Source: a candidate division FCPU426 bacterium (lineage in GTDB: Bacteria; Oederibacteriota; Muellerivitia; Muellerivitales; Muellerivitaceae). From it: a DNA stretch of 52,349 nt. The notes below the pieces were generated by a model that did not search any database, was not told where the DNA came from, and saw only the letters and a program-made list of their open reading frames with translations. The stretch is from positions 1 through 52,349 of the forward strand of contig CAWHOE010000008.1 in the NCBI GenBank assembly GCA_963830915.1, in the 5' to 3' direction. Of the stretch, positions 1-11,400 are shown one piece after another. A program made the translations under genes and the position numbers. The stretch's first letter is position 1. Each line of letters starts with the position of its first letter.

Positions 1-108
1 CAATGTATTGCTGTTTGCCCAGTTCCGTCTATGGGCGCGCCGATCAAAGAACCGCAATTCCCACCTCCCGCGTACCCTCCACCCTGCGAATTCGCGGACA
101 ATGCAAAA

Positions 109-510
109 TCACCGGTGACTAAAACTTTGTAAATGCTGATATTCGTCGATCCCGTATTCTGCAGATAAACCTCTAGAACCGCTTCCGCTTCCCACAACTG
201 TATTCTCAAAGGAAAGCGCCGAAGACGGAAACAGTTGCAGATTCTGCGGCGTGGCCACGCCTATACCGCTCAAAGCCACCAGTTGCGGCGTAGCAGTAAC
301 GCTGGTGACAACAGCCACATCGCCCGTCCGGTTGCCGGTGGTTGAGGGCGTGAAAACGACACTGATCCCGCAAGATTGCTGCGGCTCCAGGTTGGCGGGC
401 AGGCCACCGCAACTGTTCCCGGTGATCTGGAAATCGCCGCTGGCTGTGAGTGACAGCAAACCGATAGCCTCGGTACTGGTATTGGTGATGCTGAAGGATT
501 GAGAACTACT
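109..510 (-). pseudogene. Internal fragment of a large secreted protein with Ig-like (ASPM-SPD-2-Hydin / choice-of-anchor D type) repeats; probably not contiguous with the rest of the window
   Basis: Translation FSITNTSTEAIGLLSLTASGDFQITGNSCGG..LEPQQSCGISVVFTPSTTGNRTG..VALSGIG is typical of this repeat; no real start, and it abuts a truncated NRAMP gene. Confidence 0.6.
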
Positions 511-517
511 CAGGTTC

Positions 518-1189
518 CTACAGTCTGCGCAATAAACTGCAAGGACGCAGCGGCGCGCCAATGAGGCCGATGACCAAGAGGATGAAATCACGGGTCAAAT
601 GCTGCGTGGGCCAGGAAAAGATCTGCTTGGCCATCGCCCCCCAATCAGGGTGGGCCATGAAGGCGGCGGGGATGAAAAGCAGGTCAGCCATACAAAAGGC
701 CAATGCGATGTATTCAGCCGTCTTATAAGTTCCTGAGACCACCACAAGAATAAGAAGGACCGCCGAGAGCGAAACCGAGATGAAAGGGGAAATATGCGCC
801 ATTCTCGCGGCGCTCATGATTCCGGCGAACTCGGTGACCAAAGCCGCGATGTTGCACAAGAAAAGGACACCCAGGGAGACCCATGCCCAGCCCATCCCGT
901 ATTTCTGCCGGATCAAAAGAGCGTGGCCCTTGCCGGTAATGGAACCCAATCGGGCGGTCATTTCCTGTACGGCGTAAAGAGGGACGGCCAAGACAAGCAA
1001 GAGCCCCACCAAGGCAAAACCATATTGGGCTCCCGCGACCGCGGCGGTCGTGATGCTGCCCGCTTCCGTGTCGGCCTGCATGACGATCAAGCCCGGGCCC
1101 ATGACCAAAAGAAAAGCGCTGACGCGCTTCCACCATTTCGGCTTGGATAAAGACGACGAGACCGTTTGGGATTCGGATAAGGTTTTCAT
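518..1189 (-). CDS. NRAMP-family divalent metal transporter, 3'-truncated at about 550
   Basis: GPGLIVM.ADTEAGSITT...GAQYG, VQEMTARLG.ITGKG and PDW motifs; only about half the usual length, similarity ends after LIGA. Confidence 0.85.
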   Translation of the reverse strand: MKTLSESQTVSSSLSKPKWWKRVSAFLLVMGPGLIVMQADTEAGSITTAAVAGAQYGFALVGLLLVLAVPLYAVQEMTARLGSITGKGHALLIRQKYGMGWAWVSLGVLFLCNIAALVTEFAGIMSAARMAHISPFISVSLSAVLLILVVVSGTYKTAEYIALAFCMADLLFIPAAFMAHPDWGAMAKQIFSWPTQHLTRDFILLVIGLIGAPLRPCSLLRRL

Positions 1190-1239
1190 ATAGCTCCGTC
1201 CGGATTCAAATAGGAGTAGATGAAAGAAGTATGCTGTAA

Positions 1240-1256
1240 TTGATAACGGTTATCAA
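1240..1256. promoter_or_regulatory. Fur-box-like palindrome upstream of the NRAMP gene
   Basis: Perfect 8-1-8 inverted repeat TTGATAAC-G-GTTATCAA, close to the 7-1-7 TGATAAT-N-ATTATCA Fur consensus, 50 bp upstream of a metal importer. Confidence 0.65.
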
Positions 1257-1340
1257 GTAGAAAGAATGTAAAAATCGGTCGATATTTGCCTGATGGTTTG
1301 TGGTTATATCCTGTTTTTTAAGGATCAAGGAATTGAAGGA

Positions 1341-1601
1341 TCAGATCTCTTTGATGTCCAAAAGACCCATATAAAGCAGACGGTCTTTCTTGGCCACCGA
1401 GTGGGTCGGAGGGACTTCCAAGACCTTCAGCCGGATCTCTTTCCTGGGCAGGAACAATTCCAGGACATCCCCCGATAGGATTGGGTGGGACGGCTTCAGG
1501 GGGATTCCCCCCCTTAAAACTTTTCCCGAATCACACAGATGCTTGGCGGCCATGCGGGTCTTGACAATCCCCATTAATTTTAGGAATAGATCGACCCGCA
1601 A
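1341..1601 (-). CDS. S4-domain RNA-binding protein (YabO/Hsp15-like)
   Basis: MRVDLFLKLMGIVKTRMAAKHLCDSGKV...LKPSH.I..GDVL S4 signature. Confidence 0.9.
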   Translation of the reverse strand: MRVDLFLKLMGIVKTRMAAKHLCDSGKVLRGGIPLKPSHPILSGDVLELFLPRKEIRLKVLEVPPTHSVAKKDRLLYMGLLDIKEI

Positions 1602-1618
1602 GTCCGGTCCTTAGAACC

Positions 1619-3436
1619 TCATTCGTTCTTGCCGAGATAGAATCGAACGCCCAGCCCGATCTGTATCCCCGAGAAGTCGATGGAGGCTTTACTACCATCG
1701 GCGTCCAGCAATGGCGTTGGGAAAGAACGGGTTCCGGATGTCACATTGGTGGTGAGATCGTCGAACTTCAGGTAGCGATAAGCCATCCCCAAGTCCAAAG
1801 CGGTACTTTTGGTGTTATCCAGGAAGAATTCCAAGTCGACTCCCGCGATCCCCCCAAAAGAGCTGTCGCTCAAATTGGCGTTCTGAGTGATAGGTGCGGT
1901 AGCCGGCCCGCCGATGGAAACACTTGAACTCAAGAGGAACATATAACCCCCAGCGGCGGAGATGGCGAAATTGGTTCCCTCATCCAGCGGCACCAGGATC
2001 TTGAACCCGACCAATGGGCCTACCGTGTTGGCGGACCATATCTCGTTGTTCCCATCAGCGCCGATCACGTTCTCCGGGACCTTATGCAGGGCTTCTCCCA
2101 TCAAACCCACCTGGATCGTTTGGTCCAAGGCCAGGTCCATCCCGAAATCCACTCCCAGACCGAATGGAAATCCCTGGCTGGTCTTGATGGTCGGTCCGTA
2201 ATAATTCGCCAGGTCCTGGGTCCCGTAATTCAGGCCGTCCAGGCGGAATGAGAAAGTGAAGCTTCCCGGGTCAGGCAGGGTGGGATAATCGTGTCCCTTC
2301 GGGATCTCCTCGTCCGATATCTCGGTCGTCCCTGAGCTCTCCGTACCGGAAGCGACCGTGGAAGCCGCGTTATTGGACGCGGATGGTTGAGAAGCCACGG
2401 AAGATACCGTGGTCGGAACAGCGGGCTTTTTCGGGAGGTCCGCCACCTTCACGACCTTGCCGTCCTCCATAATAAAGGCGTTCTTCTTCAGGGCCTGGAC
2501 CCAATCTTCCAAGACTGACGATTGTTTGTCCTTCTTCAAATGATCCTTGATCTCCGACGCCACCGATTCGTAATCGGCCTTTCCTTTGAAATCCACTTTA
2601 ATGATGTAGACCCCGTCCGACGCCTTCACGATACCCATCCCTTTTACCGGGATGGCGAAAATACCCTTGGCCAAAGCCGGGTCCAATTCGGAACGGTAGA
2701 CCGTCCCGATCAAGCCTCCCCTTTCGCGGGAAGCTTCGTCCTCGGAGTATTTTTTCGCGTATTCGGCGAAATCCGCCCCACCCTTCAACTCTGCCAAAAG
2801 TCCCTTGGCTTGTTTCTCGATCTCGGTGACCTGGGCTGGCCCCTTCTTGGAATTCGTCCGGAACAGGATGATGGAGAACTTCACCTGCTCGTAATCCTTG
2901 GGGTGCTGGTCGTAATACTGCCTGACCTCTTGATCGCTGACCGTGGCGGTCCCGGGCAGTTCCATGCGCTCTTTCTGGATCATCCGGTTGGCCTTGAGCC
3001 TCCGGAGCAGTTTGTCATGGGTATCCTGCTTGAGGTCATCCATGGCGATGTTCTCTTTTTTGAGCTCATCCTCGAACTCCTGCTCGGTGGCGAAACTTTT
3101 CTTCATGTTATCGATCTCTTCATTGACCTGGTGATCCACATCCCCGTCCGGCACCTCGATCTTCTCGCGGTCCGCTTCCTCGGCCAGCAGGACCTCCTGA
3201 ACGAACGCGTCCACCACGTTCTTTTTCGCTTCCTCATAGACGGCCGTGCCAGGCGCGGCCGGATTTAGCCGTTGCTCCAGGAACGAAGCTTTGATCGAAT
3301 CCTCCATCTCCCCCCGGGTCATGCAGTCCTGGTCCACGACCAGGGCGATCTCGTCGATGACGGTGGCTCCCGTTCTGGACGCGGTCCAAAAGAACCCGCC
3401 CAGGATCAACGCCATCAACCATATTTTTTTATTCAT
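1619..3436 (-). CDS. SurA-like chaperone/PpiC peptidyl-prolyl isomerase fused to a C-terminal outer-membrane beta-barrel
   Basis: Signal peptide; VIDEIALVVD SurA-N start; GADFAEYAKKYSED..S..RGG.IG rotamase motif; Ser/Thr/Ala linker; amphipathic strands ending GIQIGLGVRFYL. Confidence 0.8.
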   Translation of the reverse strand: MNKKIWLMALILGGFFWTASRTGATVIDEIALVVDQDCMTRGEMEDSIKASFLEQRLNPAAPGTAVYEEAKKNVVDAFVQEVLLAEEADREKIEVPDGDVDHQVNEEIDNMKKSFATEQEFEDELKKENIAMDDLKQDTHDKLLRRLKANRMIQKERMELPGTATVSDQEVRQYYDQHPKDYEQVKFSIILFRTNSKKGPAQVTEIEKQAKGLLAELKGGADFAEYAKKYSEDEASRERGGLIGTVYRSELDPALAKGIFAIPVKGMGIVKASDGVYIIKVDFKGKADYESVASEIKDHLKKDKQSSVLEDWVQALKKNAFIMEDGKVVKVADLPKKPAVPTTVSSVASQPSASNNAASTVASGTESSGTTEISDEEIPKGHDYPTLPDPGSFTFSFRLDGLNYGTQDLANYYGPTIKTSQGFPFGLGVDFGMDLALDQTIQVGLMGEALHKVPENVIGADGNNEIWSANTVGPLVGFKILVPLDEGTNFAISAAGGYMFLLSSSVSIGGPATAPITQNANLSDSSFGGIAGVDLEFFLDNTKSTALDLGMAYRYLKFDDLTTNVTSGTRSFPTPLLDADGSKASIDFSGIQIGLGVRFYLGKNE

Positions 3437-4478
3437 CTCTTAAACCCTCCAGGGTTACTCCCACGATGGGAGCCATGTCTTGATTCACCTTGATCGTCGC
3501 CTTCTTTTTCAACCCGGCCATCCACTGGTCGAAACGCAGGTCCTGTTCCTGCTTGAGCAGGAAGTCGTGGATCCGGTCCCGGACCTCCTCGAAGGACTGC
3601 ATGCGCTTCGGTTTCCATTCCAATGTCTGGAACAAATGATACCCAAACTCGTCCTTATAGGGTTTGGAGACCTCTCCCGGCTTGAGCGAAGACATGATCT
3701 TCACATAAGCCGACGGGATCCGGTCCAGGTCCATGTCGCCCCAGTCTCCCGACTGGGCTTTCTCCATCCCATCCGACAAAGCCGCGGTTATCTTGGAGAA
3801 ATCCTCGCCCTTCTTCAACCCGGCCAGGGCCTTCTGCAGGTCCATATATCTTTTGACGACCAAGTGGCGCGCGTGGACCGCCCCGGGTTTCCAATAATCG
3901 CCCAGATGGGACCAGTAATAGTCCTCCACCTCGGGAGGCGTGATCTGGACCTGGTCGTTCACTTGCAGGTCCACCAGTTTCCGGGCCAATTTTTCCTGGA
4001 GCAGTTTCCGCCTCCAGGCTTCCTCGCTGACCCCCTGGACCTTCAGGATCTGCCGGTAATCCTCCGGCATCTCTTTCAAGGCGTCCCGGAAGGTGTCGTC
4101 CACATCCTGCTGGGTCATCCTCAAGCCCGCCATTCGGGCTTCCTGCACCAACAATCGCCGGTTGATGACCTGCTCGAACAGGCGCCGCTTGATGACCCTC
4201 ATATCCCCTTCGGTCACCGCGCTGTAATGGATGGCCATCAGGCGGAACTCGTTATCGAACTCCTCCAGGGAAAGGGGCTCCCCGTTCACGGTCACTACCG
4301 TCTTTTCCGGCGGCACGCGGGGCGGGGTCAGGTCCACCGTGGGGGCCTGGGAACAGCCGTAAAGCAAAAAGCCGTTGCCCGCGATGAGCAGGCACCCGGC
4401 TATGCTGAGGTGAGGTTTTCTTTTTTTATCGGTCAACGAACCTTCACCGCTTGAACTATCTTTATTTGGAGCCGCCAT
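3429..4478 (-). CDS. SurA/PrsA-like PpiC peptidyl-prolyl isomerase, probable lipoprotein
   Basis: LLYGC lipobox, VVTVNGEPLSLEEF, VHARHLVV, GEDFSKI...SGDWG, LKPGEVSKP...FGYHL. Confidence 0.9.
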   Translation of the reverse strand: MAAPNKDSSSGEGSLTDKKRKPHLSIAGCLLIAGNGFLLYGCSQAPTVDLTPPRVPPEKTVVTVNGEPLSLEEFDNEFRLMAIHYSAVTEGDMRVIKRRLFEQVINRRLLVQEARMAGLRMTQQDVDDTFRDALKEMPEDYRQILKVQGVSEEAWRRKLLQEKLARKLVDLQVNDQVQITPPEVEDYYWSHLGDYWKPGAVHARHLVVKRYMDLQKALAGLKKGEDFSKITAALSDGMEKAQSGDWGDMDLDRIPSAYVKIMSSLKPGEVSKPYKDEFGYHLFQTLEWKPKRMQSFEEVRDRIHDFLLKQEQDLRFDQWMAGLKKKATIKVNQDMAPIVGVTLEGLRDE

Positions 4479-5232
4479 CCTTCATGCCGTTGGAGGGCGC
4501 GGGGGCTTGGTTCCCTCCCTTATCCTGCAGTATCTCCGAACTGGGGGAAAGGTTGGTCAGGTACTTGTTGATGACGTCTTCCTGGCGGTTGATCTTACGG
4601 TCGCCCTGGAGCTTGGCCAGGAGCTTGTCGGCCCTTAGGCGCAATTTGATTTGGTCCTTGACCTTCTCGAACGCCGGGGCTTTCTGTCCGCCCATGGTCA
4701 TGGTCTTGACCAGGTCCACGTATTTGTCCTTGGCCTCCTTGTCGGTGACCTCGACCGCGTCCACCTGGGAAGCGGCGTAATGCTGGGCCAAGAGCATCTT
4801 CAAGTACCCGTCCTTATAATTCTTCTCCAGACGGTTGATGGTCTCCATGTCCTTGACCAGCTTGTCCTTGATGTCCTTGAGCTGAAGCCCGGCCTCCACC
4901 AGTTCCTTCTTGGACAACTCATCGAACTTGGCGTCCGTGTAGTTGGATTTTTGCAGGGCCCCCAGGACGATCTCCTGGTCGATGAGGCTGTCCAACACGT
5001 CCTTGACCTGTTGGGAATTGTTCGGGTCGGGAGGCTGGGGTGAAAAGACCCTCAAGAGGTCCATTTGTTTCATCCAGTCGGCGAAAGTGATCTTGTGGTC
5101 GCCCACGCTGGCGACGACCTGGCTGTCGCTGATACCGGAGGTGTTGGCGTATTTGCCGCAAGCCCAGCCGGCGAATAGAAGAACGCCCAGGGCCAAGGTA
5201 TAGAAGAACGAACGAGAAATTCGAGAGAACAT
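4462..5232 (-). CDS. SurA N-terminal-domain lipoprotein
   Basis: GWAC lipobox, VVASVGDHKITFAD, VLDSLIDQEIV; ATG at 5232 preceded by AGGGAG. Confidence 0.75.
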   Translation of the reverse strand: MFSRISRSFFYTLALGVLLFAGWACGKYANTSGISDSQVVASVGDHKITFADWMKQMDLLRVFSPQPPDPNNSQQVKDVLDSLIDQEIVLGALQKSNYTDAKFDELSKKELVEAGLQLKDIKDKLVKDMETINRLEKNYKDGYLKMLLAQHYAASQVDAVEVTDKEAKDKYVDLVKTMTMGGQKAPAFEKVKDQIKLRLRADKLLAKLQGDRKINRQEDVINKYLTNLSPSSEILQDKGGNQAPAPSNGMKDGGSK

Positions 5233-5390
5233 AAAAACTCCCTTCTGGATTTGACGAATGGTCGAAAAGACTGCGTATCCTAACATGGGCCTTAGGGCCA
5301 GGCAATACTATTAAAAACCCAGTGATTTCCCCTATGAGGTCGAGGGAAATTCCCAGAACTTGGCCGAAAGAAAGACGAGGGTTGGTGGTT

Positions 5391-6795
5391 TTATTGGTTT
5401 GGCAAGACCCAAAAGAGGGAAATCATCCGGAGCGGGTTCCCGTTCTTGGAGAGCGCGGCGAAATAACGCCCAGCTTGACGGTCTTTTCCGTTTTCATCCT
5501 TTCCGTCCCAACCCGTCCATGTCTCTTTTTTCTCCGTGATCGACTCTTGGAGAACCGTCCGCAAGAAGTTGCCTTTTCCGTCCAGGATATCCAGACGATA
5601 GTCCCCGGGCCCATCCTTGAAACTGATGTGGAAGTAAACCGGAGGGTGGTCGAATACGATCGTCGTTGGCGCGGAAGCGGAAGGTTGGGAAGAAGGAAGC
5701 TGGACCAGGGTCCCAAGCCTGGCCTTCCCCGCGGGTGGAACGGTTGAGGTTCGGTTCTTGATCGCCGGAGTAAGGACCCTTGGGCCGACCGCTGGACCTT
5801 TCAAAGGGCGGGATGTCGGGGGCGGCGCTTTTTTCACGATCGATGCCTGGTCCCATGAAGACGGCCCGCAGGGACCCTCAGCCTTCCCCAGCCACCTGGC
5901 GATCGCGGGAAAGAATTTTCTCGTGACCATTTGGGCCCTCGATATCTCCTCTCCCTCGGTCTTATCCGGGTTGTTGTCCCAGGCGAACCAAGAGGCGTCA
6001 TCCCAGATGGGCGTGTCCCTTTCGGTCTTTTCTTTTTGCTCGGGCTGCCACAGGGTCCACATGGTGGCGTCCCAAACCACGAACAGTTTCCCCCGGCAGG
6101 AAACCGGCGCGTCGATGGCCCCTCCCAGTTGATCGCCCGTCCAACCGGATACGACCGACCGGTCCACCTGGTCGTTCTTTTCCCAATCCCCGCTCGTGTC
6201 CACGAAGCTCGTGCCGTTCAAAAGGGCCATGGGTATTCCGCCGACCCAGGCTCCATAGAACAAAGATGGACCCAGGCCGTTCTTGACCCGATAGAAGGCT
6301 GGTCCCTCGGTCGAGCTATTGCCCCGGCCCGAAGGCGGGCAAGAATCGTATCCTTCCTTCACCGCGGCCGTCTTCTATCAGAAGACGGTAAAGTCCATCA
6401 TTCCGGTCGGTGAGGGGATAATGTTCCCCCGCGATGAAAAGCCTTCCGCCATGGTTCAGGTAATCCTCGGCCTTCGACCTCCACCGGCCGTCCAGGTAAT
6501 CAGCCGCCTGGGCCGAACCACTCCCGCAGCCTTTCTTGTCCTTGTCTACGAACCTCATATCCCAGACCTGGTCGAAAGGAGAACCCCAATTGTCGTTCAA
6601 GGGGTTGGGATTGGACCCATTCGCGTCCTTCACCGTGACCTGGTTCCCCGCCTTTTGAAGGATGGTCACGCAAGCCAGCAGGGACCCTTTGGTCCCATCG
6701 TATTGGTTGTGATAAAAAAGGATGTTCAAGGCTTGGGCAAAAGGAGGGAAGAGAAGGAAAAACGCGAGCAGAAAACTAAAGGGTCGGATGGACAT
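5391..6795 (-). CDS. Secreted protein with C-terminal FlgD-type Ig domain; frameshift near 6360-6390
   Basis: Signal peptide in ORF 6316-6795; overlapping ORF 5391-6362 ends YRLDILDGKGNFLRTV...WDGKDENGK...AGRYF. Confidence 0.65.
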
Positions 6796-6881
6796 TCCGC
6801 CTCACCCCGCTTTGATTCAAAAAGACCGAATGGATGAACGACGAATGAGACTCAATATTCACTTTCCCTCGAGGGGAAAGC

Positions 6882-7748
6882 TCAATAGAAATAGTCGCCC
6901 ATGTCGTCGAATTTCGTGCCGTTCCATTTGTAGATCGCGGCTGTCTTTCGATTCAATCCCGCCATATCGTTGTCATCCAAGGCGAAAGTGGATTTTAGTT
7001 TGGCCTTCAGGTCGGCCGGGTACTCGACTTCCGTCCCGTTGACGATCTCGGCCATCCCATCCTTATCCACATCCTTATAAAGGGTGTATCCCTCGATCCA
7101 GTTGTTCAACTGAAGAACCTGCTGGATGTAATCTTCAGGTTTCACCGATTCATGATGCTCATAGACATCGTTGGGCATGTTCTTGACCGCGTCCTGGTTC
7201 AAGATATAGAAGATCTTGTCGCAGCGGCTGCCGCCCCCGTAATTGCCTATCTCGAAAAAGATCGGGGAGGTCTTACCCAATTTGAAAAGCCTGGCGCATT
7301 CCCGATAGCCCTGGCCATGGAACAAAAGCTCGTAATGCAGGCCGATCTTGATATAGATGTCCGAGGTGGAAACATCATCGTCATATTCATCGGTGTAATC
7401 GGCGATCAAGAAGGAAGCTCCCGCGCCTTTCGCGTTATAGAGCGCGGTCAAGGGTGTGACCGTGTCGTTCTCGCGGTGCATTTCCATTGGGATACCGAAT
7501 TTTTCCGCGACGCTCAAGGCCATCCCTCTCATGGGATACTTCGGTCTATGCAACGAAGCGTGGTGGAACGAGGACTTCCCGACCTTGATGGCCTTCATAT
7601 AGCGCTGTACTTCGGGGGGCAGCTTGCTGTTGTGCTGAGCGACCCAGACCTGGGTCATTTCCTCCCAGGCCACTTTCGTCATGGCGCTCCAGGCGCGGGG
7701 GGCAAGAATGACGGCCAAGGCCGCTAAAAAGAAGACTATTTTTTTCAT
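6882..7748 (-). CDS. Hypothetical secreted protein
   Basis: Signal peptide MKKIVFFLAALAVILAPRAWS, GGAG RBS, DVDKDGMAEIV Ca-binding-like motif. Confidence 0.75.
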   Translation of the reverse strand: MKKIVFFLAALAVILAPRAWSAMTKVAWEEMTQVWVAQHNSKLPPEVQRYMKAIKVGKSSFHHASLHRPKYPMRGMALSVAEKFGIPMEMHRENDTVTPLTALYNAKGAGASFLIADYTDEYDDDVSTSDIYIKIGLHYELLFHGQGYRECARLFKLGKTSPIFFEIGNYGGGSRCDKIFYILNQDAVKNMPNDVYEHHESVKPEDYIQQVLQLNNWIEGYTLYKDVDKDGMAEIVNGTEVEYPADLKAKLKSTFALDDNDMAGLNRKTAAIYKWNGTKFDDMGDYFY

Positions 7749-7997
7749 GAATGGTTACTCCCGGGAGAAATGATGGCACCCCATAAAATCCTTTATAAAA
7801 TAACCTGATTGTGGGCGCGGAACCACGAAAAAACGTCATTTGTCATGGACCTGGTTTCGGGGACCCATTGCCCACACCATGGGTTTCTTTTAAAAAACCC
7901 ACTAATTAGCAGGGTTTGTCTCTGCAACTTTTTTCCCTAACCCTTCGTCCAACATATCGTAGGTGAGTAGTTAACAACCAAAAAGAGGAGCAGGAAA

Positions 7998-8408
7998 ATG
8001 AAAAGGTTCATCGTAGCTTTGACCGCGTTGTTCTTTGTGGGAGCGTTAGGATTGGCCATCGCGCAGGACGCGAATGGCAAAAACCCGGCTATGAGCCCGA
8101 AGGCGCGTTTGAAACGCCAACACAAGCGTATTAAACAAGGCGTGAAGAACGGGACCATCACCCCAGCCGAGCACAAGCAGTTGGCCCAACAGGGTAAAGC
8201 CATCAATCAAGAACGCAAAGCGGACTTGAAAAATGACGGCGGGAAATTGACCAAGTCGGATCGCCAGACCTTGGAGCAGCAGGAAAACCAAAGGTCCAAG
8301 GAGATCTATCAGGATAAGCATCCTAATGGAAGCACTACTGGTTCCACGACCGGTTCAACTACTGGCTCCACCACCGGCTCGACGACTGGTTCTACGACCG
8401 GCAACTAA
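7998..8408 (+). CDS. Small secreted basic helical protein with (GSTT)6 tail
   Basis: GAGGAG RBS, signal peptide, RIKQGVKNGTITPAE motif, downstream terminator. Confidence 0.8.
   Translation: MKRFIVALTALFFVGALGLAIAQDANGKNPAMSPKARLKRQHKRIKQGVKNGTITPAEHKQLAQQGKAINQERKADLKNDGGKLTKSDRQTLEQQENQRSKEIYQDKHPNGSTTGSTTGSTTGSTTGSTTGSTTGN
8328..8402 (+). repeat. 12-bp coding tandem repeat (GSTT x6)
   Basis: Units such as ggttccacgacc, ggttcaactact, ggctccaccacc with synonymous variation. Confidence 0.9.
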
Positions 8409-8442
8409 TTTCAGCGTCTAAAATCGAGTAAGTCGTTTTATC

Positions 8443-8471
8443 AAGGCGGGGATTCCTTCCCCGCCTTTTTT
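8443..8471 (+). terminator. Intrinsic terminator between convergent genes
   Basis: aaggcgggga-ttcct-tccccgcctt followed by T run. Confidence 0.85.
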
Positions 8472-8482
8472 ATTTCCACCTC

Positions 8483-11400
8483 TTAATCGAGCTTTAGGTC
8501 CTTGAGCAGTTTCTCCACCGAGGCCAGGCGCGCTTCCTGGGCTTCCTCGCCCTTGGCCACCCGGAAAGAAATGGAATTGGGATCCTGGGAAGAAAAACGG
8601 ATGCGGGTCGGCGGCCATTGCTTCATCCATTTTTGGACCACCTCCGGCGTAGGCGCCAGGTCTGGATGCCACTGCAGGCTTACCCATCCGCCCTGAGCCT
8701 CCAGGCGCTGGACCCCCAATCCCTTCACCCTCGGCCTGAAAGACGCCACTTTCAACAGCATTTGGGCCTCGACCGGCAAGGGCCCGAACCGGTCCTTCAA
8801 TTCTTCCTCGATACCAGCCAACTGGTCATCCTGGTCCATCTCGGCTAGTTTTCGGTAGAACTCTATCTTCAAACCCTCGTCGGTGATGTATTCCTTGGGG
8901 AAGTAGGCGCTGACGCCTAGGGAGAGGGTGGGAGTGAAATCCACATCCTCCTCTTCCCCTTTCATGTGGGCGATCTGCTGGCTCAAGAGCCGGCTGTAGA
9001 GTTCGAACCCAATGGAATCCATATTCCCGTGTTGCTGGGTCCCCAGCACATTCCCCGCTCCCCTGATCTCCATGTCCTTCATGGCGATATGCATGCCCGA
9101 ACCCAGGGATGAGAAGTCCTGCAATACTTCCAAGCGCTTCTGCGCCAGTTCCCTCAAGGTCACATGGCGAGGATAGAAGAAATAAGCGTAGGCCTGCCGG
9201 TCCGTCCGTCCCACCCTTCCTTTCAACTGGTAAAGCTGGGCCAACCCGAGCGAGTCCGCCCTCTCCACGATGAGGGTGTTCACGTTGGGCATGTCCAAGC
9301 CCGACTCGATGATGGAGGTACAGACCAACACATGGAATTCCTTGTCCACGAAATCCATCATGATGGCTTCCAGCTCATGTTCCGTCAGCTGGCCGTGGGC
9401 CACCGCCAGCTTGGCCTCCGGCACCAGCTTGTGCAGACGGTCGGCGATGCGTTCGATGTCCTTCACGTGATTGTGAACGTAAAAGACCTGACCTTCCCGG
9501 TTCATCTCGCGCCGTATGGCCTCGGCCACCAGCCGGTCATCCAGGGGGGATACCTGCACCAGAACCGACCGGCGATTCCGGGGCGGGGTGTCGATGACCG
9601 ATATCTCCCGAATGCCCGAAAGGGACATGTGAAGCGTCCGAGGAATGGGGGTAGCGGTCAAGGTGAGAACATCCACGTCATGCTTCAGGGCCTTCAGCTT
9701 TTCTTTCTGGGAAACGCCGAAACGGTGTTCCTCGTCGATGATGAGCAAACCCAGGTTGGCGAATTTCACGTCCTTGGTCAGCAACCGGTGAGTGCCGATA
9801 AGGATGTCCACCTTCCCCTCCTTGGCCAGTTCCAGGGTCTTATGGATCTCGGCGCGGCTCCTGAACCGGGACAGCATCTGCACTTCCACCGGATACTCAC
9901 CCATCCGTTCCTTGAAGGTGTAGTAATGCTGTTGGGCCAGGATGGTGGTGGGTACCAGGACCGCCACCTGCCGTTTGTCCTGGACCGCCTTGAAGGCGGC
10001 CCTCATGGCCACCTCGGTCTTGCCGTAACCCACGTCCCCGCAGACCAGCCGGTCCATGACCCTTTCCGATTCCATGTCTTTCTTGATATCCCTGGTCGAG
10101 GTGTATTGGCCCGGCGTCAGGTCATAGGGGAAAGCGTCCTCGAACTCGGTCTGCCAGGGGGTGTCCCCGGGGAAAGGTTTCTTCTTCAATACCTGCCGGA
10201 CGGAGTAAAGGGCCATCAATTCCCTGGCGACCGCCTCGATCTCCCGCTTGATCTTGGCCTTGGTGCGGCTCCATTGTTCCCCGCCCAGCTTGGAAAGGAC
10301 CGGCGACCCCTCGCTTCCTATATATCGTTGGATAAGGGCGATCTGGTCGGTGGGCAGGTAGATCTTCTCGTTGTCGGCGAATTCCAACTGGATGTAATCG
10401 CGGGTGACCCCGTCCACGGTCAAGGGCGTCAGTCCCCGGTAAAGACAGATACCGCAGTCCACATGGACCGTCCAATCGCCGATGGATATCTCATTGAGGG
10501 AAGCCAGGGGTTTGCCGCCCGAGACCGCCCTGGTCCTTCGGTGGCGCCCGGCCCGATACCGCCTGAATAGGTCGTGGTCCGGCATGACGTAAAGGTTGAT
10601 GTCGTCGAAGACGAACCCTTGCTCGATCTCGCCCAGGATGAGGGATATCTGAGGATTGTCCTTCGGGTTGATCTTTTCCTGGCGTAGGAGTTCGGACAGT
10701 CTTTCCCTTTCCCCCTTGTTATGGCACCAGATCAGGACCCGGTACTTATCCGCCAGCCATTTCGCCAGGTCCCCCGTGAAGGTGGCGAATTTTCCGTAAT
10801 AGGGCGGCATGACCCGGCCCGGCACCGCGAATTCCAGGTCGGCCGGTTTACCGAAAAGTTCCTGCTGGAGTTGGGAGACCCCGGCGGCCGTACCCCGCTC
10901 AAAAGACTTTTTGATGAATTTAATATCGGAAAAAAGGTCCAGGGAATCGAAAAGGTCCGCTCCATCCTCTTTCGCCTGTTGGTTGCAGGCCGCCAACAGG
11001 TCTTGCATCTCGCCCCACTTGCGCTCGAAAGCGATAGGTTCCATCACCAGCATTCGGGTATCTTCGGGAAGGTAGTCGAACAGGCATGCCCTTTTTTCCA
11101 AGGCGCCGACCCCCTGCCATTGCCAACCTGGGAATTGGCGGGTTTGATTGAACAATTCCAAAGCGTCCGTGGCCCACCGGGAGGGTTTTTCCTTGGTCCC
11201 CGCCTTGATCTTGTCCCTCAGGGCTTGGCGTAGATTGTACCGGGCCTCGTCCTTCAGGACGATCTCATGGGCCGGGAACACATGGACCTCTTCCAGATTC
11301 CCGCTGGACCTTTGGTTCAGGATGTCCAGAGGCCGGACCGATTCCAGGGTATCGCCGAAAAATTCCAGACGCACCGGACCTGAGGGGGACCCAGGCGAAG

